Shown here: in pieces, positions 25,380-36,420 of the stretch
How positions within the stretch are numbered: the stretch's first letter is position 1
How the letters are laid out: the number at the start of each line of letters is the position of its first letter
Source of the DNA: Chrysemys picta bellii
Taxonomy: Eukaryota
Assembly: GCF_011386835.1 (NCBI RefSeq)
Contig: NC_088796.1
Coordinates: forward strand, 54,622,001 to 54,686,000
Length of the DNA: 64,000 nt
Direction of reading: 5' to 3'
Notes under the pieces: generated by a model
Database searches by the model: none
Told to the model about the DNA's origin: nothing
The model's input: only the letters and a program-made list of their open reading frames with translations
Made by a program: the position numbers and the translations under genes

Positions 25380-26130
25380 GGGCTTGTCTACACTACAGAT
25401 GTGACAACAGCACAACTATGGCACCGCAACTATGCTGCAGTAGAGCCTTTATGTAAAAGCTTCCTACAGTGACACAAGGGGGATGGAGGGTTGCTGTAGT
25501 TAATCCTCCCCTCCAAAAGATGGTAGCTAGCTTTCCAGAAGAATTCTTCCATTGACCTAGCCACATCTACACTGGGAGTTAGATTGATCTAACTATGGTG
25601 CTCAGGGCTGACGAAGCTACGTTCAGGGCCGGCTCCAGGCACCAGCTGAGCAAGCTGGTGCTTGGGGCGGCAGATTGTTCGAGGCGGCATTCCGCACAAT
25701 CCTAGGGCGGCACGGACGCCTTTTTTTTGTTGTTGTTCTTGTTCCACTCTGGCCGCCCTGTAGGGGGCGGCGGCATGGAGAACCAGAGCGCCCTGCAGGG
25801 CAGTCCTCTTCCTTCCCTCCCCACTGACCGGAGCGGAGCCCTCGCGGCAGGAGGCAGGAGGCGGCGCAGTGGGAGGGGCCGCGTGGCAGCGCCCCTGCTG
25901 TAGTCCTGGCCACCCCCTTCTCTCTCTCTCCCGCCCGTTCCCCCCTCCTTCCCCCCCTAGCTGGTCCCTCTGCACCCGCACCGCAGGTTTTTTTTTTTTT
26001 TTTTTTGCTTTGCTTTGCCGTTCTGGCCACCCCGTTTTTTTTTCTTTCCTTTTTTTTTTTTGCTTGGGGCGGCCAAAAAGCCAGAGCTGGCCCTGGCTAC
26101 GTTGATCAAATTTTTCAGTGTAGACCACGG
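25380..26130. mobile_element. Harbinger-type MITE hosting a nested hAT insertion
   Basis: Termini GGGCTTGTCTACACT ... CAGTGTAGACC, with TGA and TTA on the flanks. Confidence 0.7.
25624..26095. mobile_element. GC-rich hAT MITE (472 bp), young
   Basis: TIR CAGGGCCGGCTC / GAGCTGGCCCTG. Perfect 8-bp TSD GCTACGTT (25616-25623, 26096-26103). Termini shared with the copy at 16476-16767. Confidence 0.93.
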
Positions 26131-26331
26131 TTAAGGCTTCCAGTTCTCCACCTCTCCCACACTGAATCTCTCCTCTGCAATGCCCCTCTTCCCGCCCCCC
26201 CCCCTCCCCGCAACACACTCCAGAGAGAAAACCTTCTTGTGAGGTAGCATTTAGAAACTTGTAGTTCTCTATGGTCACAGAAAAGGGGATCTACTCACTC
26301 ACCACTGACATGTTAAGCAATCAAAGTAGCT

Positions 26332-27085
26332 CAGATTCATAGATTCTAGGACTGGAAGGGACCTCGAGAGGTCATCGAGTCCAGTCCCCTGCCCGCATGG
26401 CAGGACCAAATACTGTCTAGACCATCCCTGATAGACATTTATCTAACCTACTCTTAAATATCTCCACAGATGGAGATTCCACAACCTCCCTAGGCAATTT
26501 ATTCCAGTGTTTAACCACCCTGACAGTTAGGAACTTTTTCCTAATGTCCAACCTAGACCTCCCTTGCTGCAGTTTAAGCCCATTGCTTCTTGTTCTATCC
26601 TTAGAAGCTAAGATGAACAAGTTTTCTCCCTCCTCCTTATGACACCCTTTTAGATACCTGAAAACTGGTATCATGTCCCCTCTCAGTCTTCTCTTTTCCA
26701 AACGAAACAAACCCAATTCTTTCAGCCTTCCTTCATAGGTCATGTTCTCAAGACCTTTAATCATTCTTGTTGCTCTTCTCTGGACCCTTTCCAATTTCTC
26801 CACATCTTTCTTGAAATGTGGTGCCCAGAACTGGACACAATACTGCAGCTGAGGCCTAACCAGAGCAGAGTAGAGCGGAAGAATGACTTCTCGTGTCTTG
26901 CTCACAACACACCTGTTAATACATCCCAAAATCATGTTTGCTTTTTTTGCAACAGCATCACACTGTTGACTCATATTTAGCTTGTGGTCCACTATAACCC
27001 CTAGATCCCTTTCTGCTGTACTCCTTCCTAGACAGTCTCTTCCCATTCTGTATGTGTGAAACTGATTTTTTCTTCCTAAGTGGAG
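26332..27085 (-). mobile_element. CR1 LINE 3' fragment, young; open 209-codon ORF2 C-terminus (26417-27046)
   Basis: Translation ERDLGVIVDHKLNMSQQC...[18 protein letters not shown]...LVRVVKHWNKLP is CR1 ORF2. It ends in the CR1 3'UTR and a CTATGAAT-type tail. Confidence 0.96.
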
Positions 27086-27665
27086 GATAAATCACCCAAG
27101 AGGGAATTTGTCATTTGCATCTATAGGATTCCAACATCAACTTCCTTACAATGCAGTAGACCTGCACTGAACAGACAGTGAAGAGTGCACAAGTCACTTA
27201 CCACTCTAAAACCACCTCTTTCGGATTCCTTGTTGAACAGTGCCATCATGTGGCTTACTACTCTTCACACTTCTTATGAAGAGCATACTATATCAGCTAG
27301 GGAATGGGGTTCACTTTTAACTTTCGTGTTTATAGGATAAAAGCTTCAATGGGATCAAAATACGTGTGAACTTTGGAATGCACTAATGCCTAGAAATATT
27401 TACCTAGTTCAACCCAATGATTTTTACTAGCTCTCCAAAATATATTAACAAGAACATTCCCTTTTGTGCTCCAAACCTCTATTTAAAAGCAAGGTTTATT
27501 TAAAAGTTTCATAAAGTTAAAGCAAAAAAAAAAATCAAGAAAACATAGGTTAGAAATAGTAACATTATTAATTTTTAAATGCTAGAACATTAACTTGACA
27601 TGCTGAACTTGTGTAACCTTAATTTACTTAACTTGGACTACACTTAAGCACCACAGCTAGGTTTT

Positions 27666-27683
27666 ATATATATATATATATAT
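27666..27683. repeat. (TA)n microsatellite
   Basis: A run of alternating TA seen directly. Confidence 0.85.
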
Positions 27684-29217
27684 AAAAAATTCAATGGCAA
27701 GAAATTCTGTTAAGGAAGTATTATGGTTGCTTGGTGGTATGTCATCCCCTTGCAAAACATTGAGTTGAGCAAAGCTCAGACTTCCAAATGAAGAGTAAAT
27801 ATTAAAAGACATGTGCGTTTAGTGGGGTATATTGGGGCATGGCAGAATGAGGGCTGAATTAATTCTGCATTTTCTGGTTTCAAGGAGTCTGACTCAGCAT
27901 TGTGCAAAGGGATGACCTAGCAACCTTAATTCTGTAGTTTTTTGCCATTGAATTTTGTTGGTTTTTGAACAGGAAAAGATATGCTGTTAATAGGAGTTAG
28001 TAATTTAGGCAGTTGTACATAGTGTCCCTCAATTTTCATATCAAGCCAAATTAGCCTGTAGTCAGTAATCTTTTTGGTGTACTCCTTGCTCTCCCATTTC
28101 TGCAACTCATGATCCAGGAATCACCTAGAATCAAAACATTGGCAACCTTGCTAATGAACATATTTCTTTTCCCTCAGTGGTCAAGGTACCTATGCTGTGA
28201 GTTCCCAACCTCCATACTATGCGTGTTTGAAAACACATATGAGATCAGGAAGTAGCTTCTCCCTCTCCCCACCCCTGAGGTCTAGTAAAATAAAAATTTT
28301 CTTAAAACTGCTTCATTTTCCTACCCCTCTACAACCACATCTCCTCTTCCTGCCCCCATTCCGTTTCACCGCCTGCAACACACAAAGTTCTCTGTCTCCA
28401 GCTCCTTCCCATCCAGTATAACAAAAAAATGTATTAAGCCAGCTGCTGACTATTCTGCTGTGTTCACAGTAAACCTCCCCATAAAATAAAAACACTTTAT
28501 TACAAAAGCAATTTATAGCAAGCAATCACTCCAATTGTCATCTCACTGGGTGTTCTCATCACCCTCCAGAGTACTTTAGAGCCTGTGATATGCATGAAAT
28601 ATACCCATTCTCAGCCACCCACTGAAAGGGACAGGACTTCCCCGGATCCTGGCTCTCCTGGGGGTGCAGGGAGAAGGCCTCAGATCTTCCCAAAAGATCA
28701 AACCCTCCTCACATTGAACCCGGCTCATAAGAGGGGGAGGAGAAGGAAGTAAGGGTCCAACCCCTATATATGGGCATGGCTCCCCCGAGATCCTGGCTCA
28801 CACATGGAGGCAGGAAGATGGGCTCAGACACTTCCAGAGGCCACAAGACCGCCCATATCCCAGATCACATGAGGGGGCAGAGAGGGCGGCTCAGGTCCCC
28901 CTAAGGGGAAAGACCCCTACATCTGGGCATAAACTCATAGGAGGGCAGAATGTGGGGCTGACAGGTGCCTCTGCCTCTATTCTCCCCAAGTCCCCCTGCC
29001 ACTCAGCCCCCCTCCCCCTAACCCTCACGGCTCTCTCACCTCTCCCCTACCAGCCATCTCCATTTATCCACAACCCCATAAAGCTCATCCCCTCATTGCA
29101 GCCCCAAATCCCTCTCCTCTGTTCCCCCACTTTTCTACCCCCTAATTTTTCCTTCCCTCCCAGGAAGCAGCCACATGTCTGATTCCTCCCCAAGACTCTG
29201 TGGAGTACAGGGGGCTT

Positions 29218-29580
29218 GGGGTACACTGGCAGAACTGGGTGTAAGACAGTTGAGGGCAGGGGTGCACTTGCAGAGCTGTGGGGTGTAGGAGGCTTGGGGT
29301 TCAGGTTAGTTGGAGTGCACTGGCAGAACAGGGGCTGCAGTGTGGTTGGGGTGCACTGGAAGAAATGCAGATTTGGTGTGAAGGGGTTTGGGATTCACTG
29401 GCAGAGCTGATGGTCCAGGTGGTTAAGTCAGGGTTCGGATGTACTGGCAGAGTTGTAGAACATGGGCAGGGTGATTCAGATGAACTGGCACAGCTGGGTC
29501 TCCAAGATGGTTGGAACACACTGGCAGAACTAGGAGTGCACATGGGTTGGTGGTGCACTGACAGAGCTGTGGCTGCAAGG
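29218..29580. repeat. Degenerate minisatellite: 9 copies of a GCACTGGCAGAGCTG-like motif with G-rich spacers
   Basis: Motif variants recur at roughly 35-50 bp spacing. Confidence 0.75.
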
Positions 29581-31238
29581 GGTTGGGTGCAATGACAGCA
29601 ATGGGCAGGGGGAGCAGGCCTCTCTCCCCATCCATCCCAATTTATCCCCCTCCTCCTAACCCCACTCTCCTTGCTGCAGCCCCAAACCCCCCTTTCCCCT
29701 ATCCCGACATGCTTCCAGCCCTAAGATCCCTCCCCTCTCAGGGAGCATTCACATATCTAATTTTTTCATACCAACTACTTGATTACATTCCTCCCAAAAT
29801 AAAACTTCCACCCATGACTCAACTTCTAGCCAATCTATAGCCACTTAATCCAAAACTCCTTTTGTTTTAGGTTGGGGTTTGACACAGCATCACGTGTGAT
29901 TTATCCATTGATTAGTACCTCTCAGTTTAACAGTACAAGGCAATAGAAGGAAACCAATTTGCAAGGTGGGGTGGGCTTTAACTCAGGAACCCCTCATTCA
30001 AATGACTCCAAATTAGGATCACTAATGCTACCCAGCACACCAAATTTCAAGCCAATCCAATTAACCCTTTAGATGTTAGATCTAGTATTTACTAGATTTC
30101 AGCTTTAAAACATAAAATGGCAGGAATAGAAACCCTCTAGCAATTTCTGTGTTGGCACATGCACAGTGTAAAAAATTTAATACTTTTATTAAATATTGTT
30201 CTCAATTTGGGTCCCCAAATATTTAGTGGGTACTATGTACTACCTGAAAAAAAATCAGATTGCGACCATTCTGATCTGCAGCTCATCAATAGTTTGATTG
30301 TTATCTGTTGGCAAAAAAAAAGAAAACCCACCTAGAAATAAATATATACATTTTTAAATGGCTATTTTTTTCAGGGCATATCTCTCTGGAAACTCTGGCT
30401 GATCAGTCAAGCGGTATCAGTACTCAGTGATTCCTTTTTGAAGAAATTACTTATTTTGTACAATTTGGTCAACTGTAAAAGGGCACATAAATTATTTTAG
30501 ATGACCTATAACTAACAGTATCTTTTCACAAAAGGAGCCTGTTAATTTGCTTTCATTTGTACCCAGTGGGAAGCTGATAGGACTAAGAGAAATACTTTTA
30601 TTTATTCTAATGCCAACCATATTTTTAATAAAGGAAACTGTTGGATTGAGGATGGAGTCAGTTTTCATTATTTTTGATGTTTCCATTTCAATTTTTATAT
30701 ATCCTGAACATGTGTCATTTTGATTTTTGGCTAGTGCGAAAAGTACTCATGGCAAAAAGAGTGTTTAGGACCATGAGCAATCAGAATTGCTGAGAGAAAC
30801 AAAATTATGGTGTACAAAATAGAAGATTGTGTGTAAAAGAATTACTGGCAAATGTTTGGTCATCTCTGAAGTGAGCGAAACATTTTAAAGGGCCTCACGT
30901 TCAAACTATCAAACGTTAGGCTCAGAACACAATTTTACTTTCTTCTTGAATAAAAATTCTTATTTGGAACTTTGTGCCTCCTTTTAATTGAGATGATTTG
31001 CTTATATCTGTTTGTCTTGATTTACAGATTGACCAATCATAATATCTGAGCCGCTCCTGTTTCTAAATGACAGCAATAATCTCTCTTTCTTCCTTTCCAA
31101 TAGGTAGAAGGAGCTTGACGAGAAATAAAAAGAGTTTAGAAAGGTATTTATTATGGGAAGGCTGGGTTGGGGAGAGGATTGTTGCAGATAGTTCTGAATG
31201 CAGTGAGGTTAGTGGTTATTCTTATTTCTTCTATTTTA

Positions 31239-31540
31239 GGGTACATCTACACTGCAGTCAGGAGGTGTGATCGCAGCACGTGTAGGCACACCCCAGCTAG
31301 CTCTGATCTAGCTAGCTTGCTAAAAATAGTAGTGAAGCCATGACAGCTGTTGAGGGCATGGGCTAACCACCTGACTATGTACCTATGGTCCCATGCAGGC
31401 TTGTGCTCAGGCAACTAGCCTGTAGCACAGTCCATACTGCCATGGCATCACTGCTAATTGTACAAGATAGCCAGATCAAAGTTAGGTCAGGTATGCATAC
31501 ACATTCTGCAATCACACCTCCCAACAGTGTAAACAGATCC
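31239..31540. mobile_element. Harbinger-type MITE (~300 bp)
   Basis: TTA then GGGTACATCTACACTG at the left, CAGTGTAAACAGATCC at the right. The interior is palindromic (GGAGGTGTGAT / ATCACACCTCC). Confidence 0.75.
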
Positions 31541-32473
31541 ATCCTGGGTTCCATAGTCTTGTTGCCTCTCCTGTGAGATTTCTGTCTCCTGCATTGTGCT
31601 TCTCCCTAGTGGTCAACAGTTTGGAGGAAGAGGTGAGCTCTTGAGGTCTAGGACCAATTTTTAACAAGCTTTGAGTATCAGGACACAGACTTTGAACTTG
31701 ACTCCCTTTTCCATGCAGAACTAGAGTCGTGCATTAATATTTTAGAGAGCACAGAATGAAGAATGAGGCTATGGACAGTGCTAGACCACTTTCATACCAC
31801 TTAGCCCTTAATAATTACCAGCAAAGCAGCCAGTTCTTCAAAGCATAATAAAAATAAATGAAACCACTCATCTACCTCTTGGAAACAATAACTATGTGGG
31901 GATATCCAGATTTTTATCCAGGCTGTGTCTTGTATTAGAGATGGGCAATCAGTAATTAACAGGCTTTTTCCCTATTCTTTCCCTCCATGCCTCACTGCAT
32001 GGTGCTGTGATAAAATTTGATATTAAAAACTAACCTTTCATATGTTGTTTCTAAAACAACCCCCCAGCTGAAGTAATTTGGATTCTGAACTAAACCTCAT
32101 GGGAACCTGCCATGTAAGCTTGGGCTCAGACTAAGGCTCACGCCTAACCCCTGTTCCATCTACCCACAAATTGCAGTAACCCAGGGCTTGGACAGGGTCC
32201 CAGGACCCTGTGGGGCTGCAGCGTCCAAACTCAAGTCAAGCTGTAAATCAGGGTTCAAACCTTATTGTTTTGCCATGTAGATGCAGCCCCTATAACTTGG
32301 GTTCTGGGAGTCCTCCAAAAGTATCCCACAATTGCATGGGCCAACTTCTTTTGTCCCCTCTATTCCAAGAATCTCCAGTTGACTGCAGTAAAAACGGAAG
32401 CAACCCCCCTTTGGCATACAGCAGCAGCTCAGTGAGTCAGCGTTAACCTTTCTGTTGTCTTCTGACTACTGAG

Positions 32474-34930
32474 TTGCAAATACACCCCCTCAGAGAGCCT
32501 TCTGTGTTGGCAAAGGAGACTGAACAGAACAAGCCTTTTGCAAAACACACTGCTTCATGGTTACGGGATCACAGCCAAATTTTGGTAAAGCTCTTGTCTA
32601 TGGCCAGCAAAACCGTGGACTCCAGTAATAGTATCAGGAATGACCACACATACCAACAAATAGCAAAGAAGGTGGCAACTTCTCAAATTTACCAGAGCAG
32701 TGACCAGTACAGGGAGCCAATTAAGCAGCTCAGGATGAGTACTGGAAAACCAGTGACCAGAACCGCACCTTTTATGAGGAGTTCGACTGGGTTCTGGGGA
32801 TTGTGCCCAGCACAGAGCCAACCATGGTGCACGATAACCTGGTCAGCTTGGATGGGGACTGATGGGAGCCAGCGGCAAGTGCCAAGTAAGGACAATGAAG
32901 TGATCAATGAACCAACGTAAAAGTTATGAGATGCCTGGCTAGCAGTGTTTATCTGCTAATGGTGTATTGAATCCAGCGGTGAGAGTCACACCCTGCCCCA
33001 ACCACCATCACCTGGAGTTCAAAATGGCAACCAGGAAATACAAACAGTCAAAGACACAGATTTTTGCTAGGGACATTCCTTACATTATAACCTTACATTG
33101 CTATGCCTATATGTTTGCCACTCTGTAAGGGGGAGGGGGTTGGGGAGGTGGAAATGTGTTCCATTTACAAATCTAGTCCATAGGTGACAAAATTATTTGT
33201 CCCAGATATGACTAGGGTTTGACATTTTGTCCAGAAATGTGCCATGAGGGTGGAGGGGCGAGGTGGGGAGAAAGGAGAGTGAAGGAAGGCTGTGGAGTTG
33301 TGTTTCTGTGCAGCCATAACAGAATAAACTATGTGGAGGCTAATGAAGCATCCTGGTGATTCCCTGATGAATTCTGACCCAATCCCAAGTGCTGATAGCT
33401 GCAAACTTTTCCTGAAGCAGGAAGTCCAGATAAGTCATCACATTTCAGGGAATGTTGTATTTTCCAGGGTTCCCTTGGTAGCTGACCAGCACACTCCACT
33501 CATAGATGTGCTGTTTAATCGCTATGTGTTTGAATACCTCTGTTTCATAAACTGCAGGTTTCCCACTAGCTGCTTGGAATATCATCCTTTGCCAATCAGA
33601 CACTACAAGAACAATTACGTCTTCCCAAATATAGAAGGCCTGAAAGGATTTTTTTTTAATAGAGGTTTTGTGCAACAGACAATGCCTTCCCCCTACCCCC
33701 AAACCCAAGTAGCTTTGCAATTTGCTTTAAAAAAAAAAAAATTAAAAATGCAAAGCTGGTTGTTTTGTCTTACTCTTGTGTCTGCACATCTGTCACTGCA
33801 ATTGATCAGGCTGCGTACAAGGACCTTCTGTGGTCAGAAGCATCCCTCTTACAAACTGAACTTCATTATATTGTGAAAGTAACCTTTCATAAACTTGACA
33901 TTCCAAGAGGATTTTTTCTGTGCCCCTGCACTGACCTATTCCAGACAATAACCCTTGGTGTCTTGTCCTTTTCCAGGCCCCTCAACCTCTACAGGCATGG
34001 GCGGTGGCTATGCTTCCCCAAAACAGCCAGGCATGGCCCCACCCATGCTCCACCCCCAGGCACCCCCTCCTCCTGCTTCCGCTAGGCCACTCGTCTCCCT
34101 GTGGGGTAGCCCCTGCACTGGCCGCCCTCCCGGCGCTCCAGGGCAGGAGCCATGCCATACTGGGCACCCTCCCTGTGCTCCAGGGATGCTGGAGGCACTA
34201 GTCTGGGGTAGGGGACTATGGGTTGGGGGCAGAAGGGGTGGGGCTAGCCAGCAGTTCACACACCACCCATGTCCACAGTTCACTCATACTGCAGCAGAAG
34301 CCTGGACCAACCTACCTCCTTGGAACATTCCAAGAGGAAGTGTTTCCCTGATGGACTTATGGTTGAGATTCTGGACAGGGCCAACCAGCAGGTCCAGTAC
34401 CAAAGACAGAGGGACTTATGGTGAGAGGGGAGGCACAGCAAGAGGCAAGTCTGAGGCTGACTGCATAGCTTGAGGACAGGGTTGCAGTGTGGGAACAGGC
34501 ACTTGCTTCACAGTTCCTGAAACAGAACAGTGGCTAAGGGAGGAGAACAGAGCTCAGCAGAGAGAGCTGTTTGAGCAGCTGATATCAATAATGGTTTCAA
34601 GAGTACCAGCTCCTGCTGCATCACCCACACCATGGCCTGAATCCCCCGTACACTTCCCTGGGATTCAGTCCAGAAACAGCTGGGAAAACTCCATAGTATG
34701 AGCCCTATGAGCAGCTGGGCAGGGCAACTCAGTCCCATGAAGTCCTCCATATTAACCCCAGCCCCTCGAGATGCCTCCAGCCCTCCCCCCACCCCATGTC
34801 CAGCAGACAGGGAAAAGGAGAATAGATTGCCTGGGGACATGCAACGGTAGGGAGTTTGTTTGAACATGTTCATGCATTGTTCCCCATAACATTCTGTTGT
34901 TACTGGTGTGTTTGGTGTGGTAGTGGTAGC
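32474..34930 (+). pseudogene. Harbinger Myb/SANT (trihelix) DNA-binding protein, multi-exon relic
   Basis: SIRNDHTYQQIAKKVA...QSSDQYREPIKQLR...TAPF resembles the Myb/SANT-like domain. An acceptor sits before 33977, and downstream LMVEILDRANQQ and EENRAQQRELFEQL resemble the coiled-coil C-terminus. Confidence 0.7.
33996..34271. mobile_element. hAT-like MITE inserted into the Harbinger Myb/SANT exon
   Basis: TIR CATGGGCGGTG / CACCACCCATG. Flanks TCTACAGG and TCCACAGT match at 6 of 8 positions. Confidence 0.65.
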
Positions 34931-35329
34931 TGGCCTGCCTGGCAATAAGTGAATGGTGTATTTTTCTAAGACATGTTTATAAATAAAGCTTTTCACATCA
35001 CCAAGAAAGTTTACTGCTACCACTGCATCACAATATATCATGTATATTTAAAATAAAGGTAAACACATGATCAGAGACAATTAGGAATTGGTAAGCAAAC
35101 ACCATTCCTCGTACAGTTAAGTACATCAGTCCATACTTTAATCACTTCCTTATATGAATCTATACTGTGAATCATCTCCCACCTCTCATTTCATAAGGGT
35201 CATGTCATTCATGAGTAACAGCAATCAAGCCCCCACCCTTACCCAAGCACACAACCCCAAATCAATGAGCCCCATCCTCACCCAAGCATATTCATAAAAG
35301 TACTAGTTCCCCTCTTCCTTTGGGCCGTG

Positions 35330-36420
35330 CAAGTCCCTAATATGGGAGCACTAAACATCCGACTTCTGTTGTCTGGGTGCATCCAGCTCCAGCGGTGATA
35401 GGTGCACTTTCTGGCAGAGTGTACCAGTTCAGTGGTCCCTCATGATCATAGGTCCATTCAGGAAGAAATGGCTCACCTCTGGCTTCACAGAGACCATGAA
35501 GAGCACAGCAAGCCACAGTGTTGCAGACAGCAATGATATTGGAATCCAAACATATCTGTAGACATCTCCAACAGGATTTCAATCTGCCAAAGTGCATTCA
35601 ACCACCATTCTACACCTGCTGATTAAATCAAATCAGCTTTTGCCAGGGGCTCTGAAATCAGGGTACGGTTTCAGAAGCCAAGGCAAAAATGGGTATGCAG
35701 GGGCCCCCAGACCAACAGTGGGGACAGTAACTCCTTTTATGGCAATTTCATTTGGTGGGAATAGTATTCTAGTCCATCAATCAGTGTTGACTGCCTATTG
35801 GGGTGGGGAGGGGGAGGAGACCCACCACACCCGCACCACCTGGCATGAGCTTTCCTAATGAAACCCACATTGATATTCATATGTTACCCTCTGTGGTCCA
35901 TGAGGGCCTGCATAACAATGGAGTAATACCCTTTGTAGTTTATGTACTCCTTAAGGAAAGCTAACAGGTATAGATAGATGAGTCCCATCAGTGGCCCCAG
36001 AGTAGTTTGGAAATTCAAGTCTCTCAAAGCCAGCAATTACTTCAGTAATATCTTTTATGCCCACCACCTTGAGGTAAGCCACACACACCCCATTGCCTGT
36101 ACATAGAGTCAACTTTTTAACACCAAACTATGGTTTGCAGTGGACCTGTAGAAGTCTAGGGTAGCCAGCTTCCAGATAGTTATAGCAACCCCTTTCTGGA
36201 CTGGCAGCTTGGCCTCATGCATATAGCTTTACAATGGAGGGTTGGGACAAGCTGCTTAAAGCTCCAGAAATGTAGCTTTCTTTATGCCAAAGTTCTGGGC
36301 CCACTGCTGGTCATCCCAGGTCTGCATGATGTCATCTCAGCAGTCTGAGGTTGTGGCCCCGCACCAGAAGTGCCAGTCTATGTAGGGGGCATCAGCAGCT
36401 GTACTGAATGTAATGAGCAG
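35330..36420 (-). pseudogene. Harbinger DDE transposase (HARBI1-like, DDE_Tnp_4) relic
   Basis: The minus strand reads FW...WDDQQWAQNF-IKKATF, IWKLAT-DFYRS, DGTH, EYINYKGYYSIVMQAL-DHRG, a GDPAYP-like segment and VEC-FGRLKSCWRCL...CCALH, with stops and frameshifts. Confidence 0.9.

Noticed and set aside
25589-26278. 229-aa and 135-aa minus-strand ORFs
   Set aside because: They span MITE sequence and poly-T tracts (poly-Lys) and cross element boundaries.
29218-29580. CRISPR-like repeat-spacer appearance
   Set aside because: The host is a vertebrate, the repeats are short, degenerate and non-palindromic, the spacers share composition, and there are no cas genes.
33331-33876. 181-aa plus-strand ORF as a single gene
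   Set aside because: It crosses poly-T, poly-A and intron-like tracts and shows no domain similarity. Only sub-segments are kept as a finding.
33898-34338. 14-bp direct repeat ACATTCCAAGAGGA as a TSD
   Set aside because: The enclosed segment includes native Harbinger exon sequence and has no termini or tail of its own, so it is not an insertion.
35330-36420. HARBI1 gene call
   Set aside because: Multiple stops and frameshifts, and it sits inside a TIR-bounded element. It is a transposase relic, not the domesticated gene.
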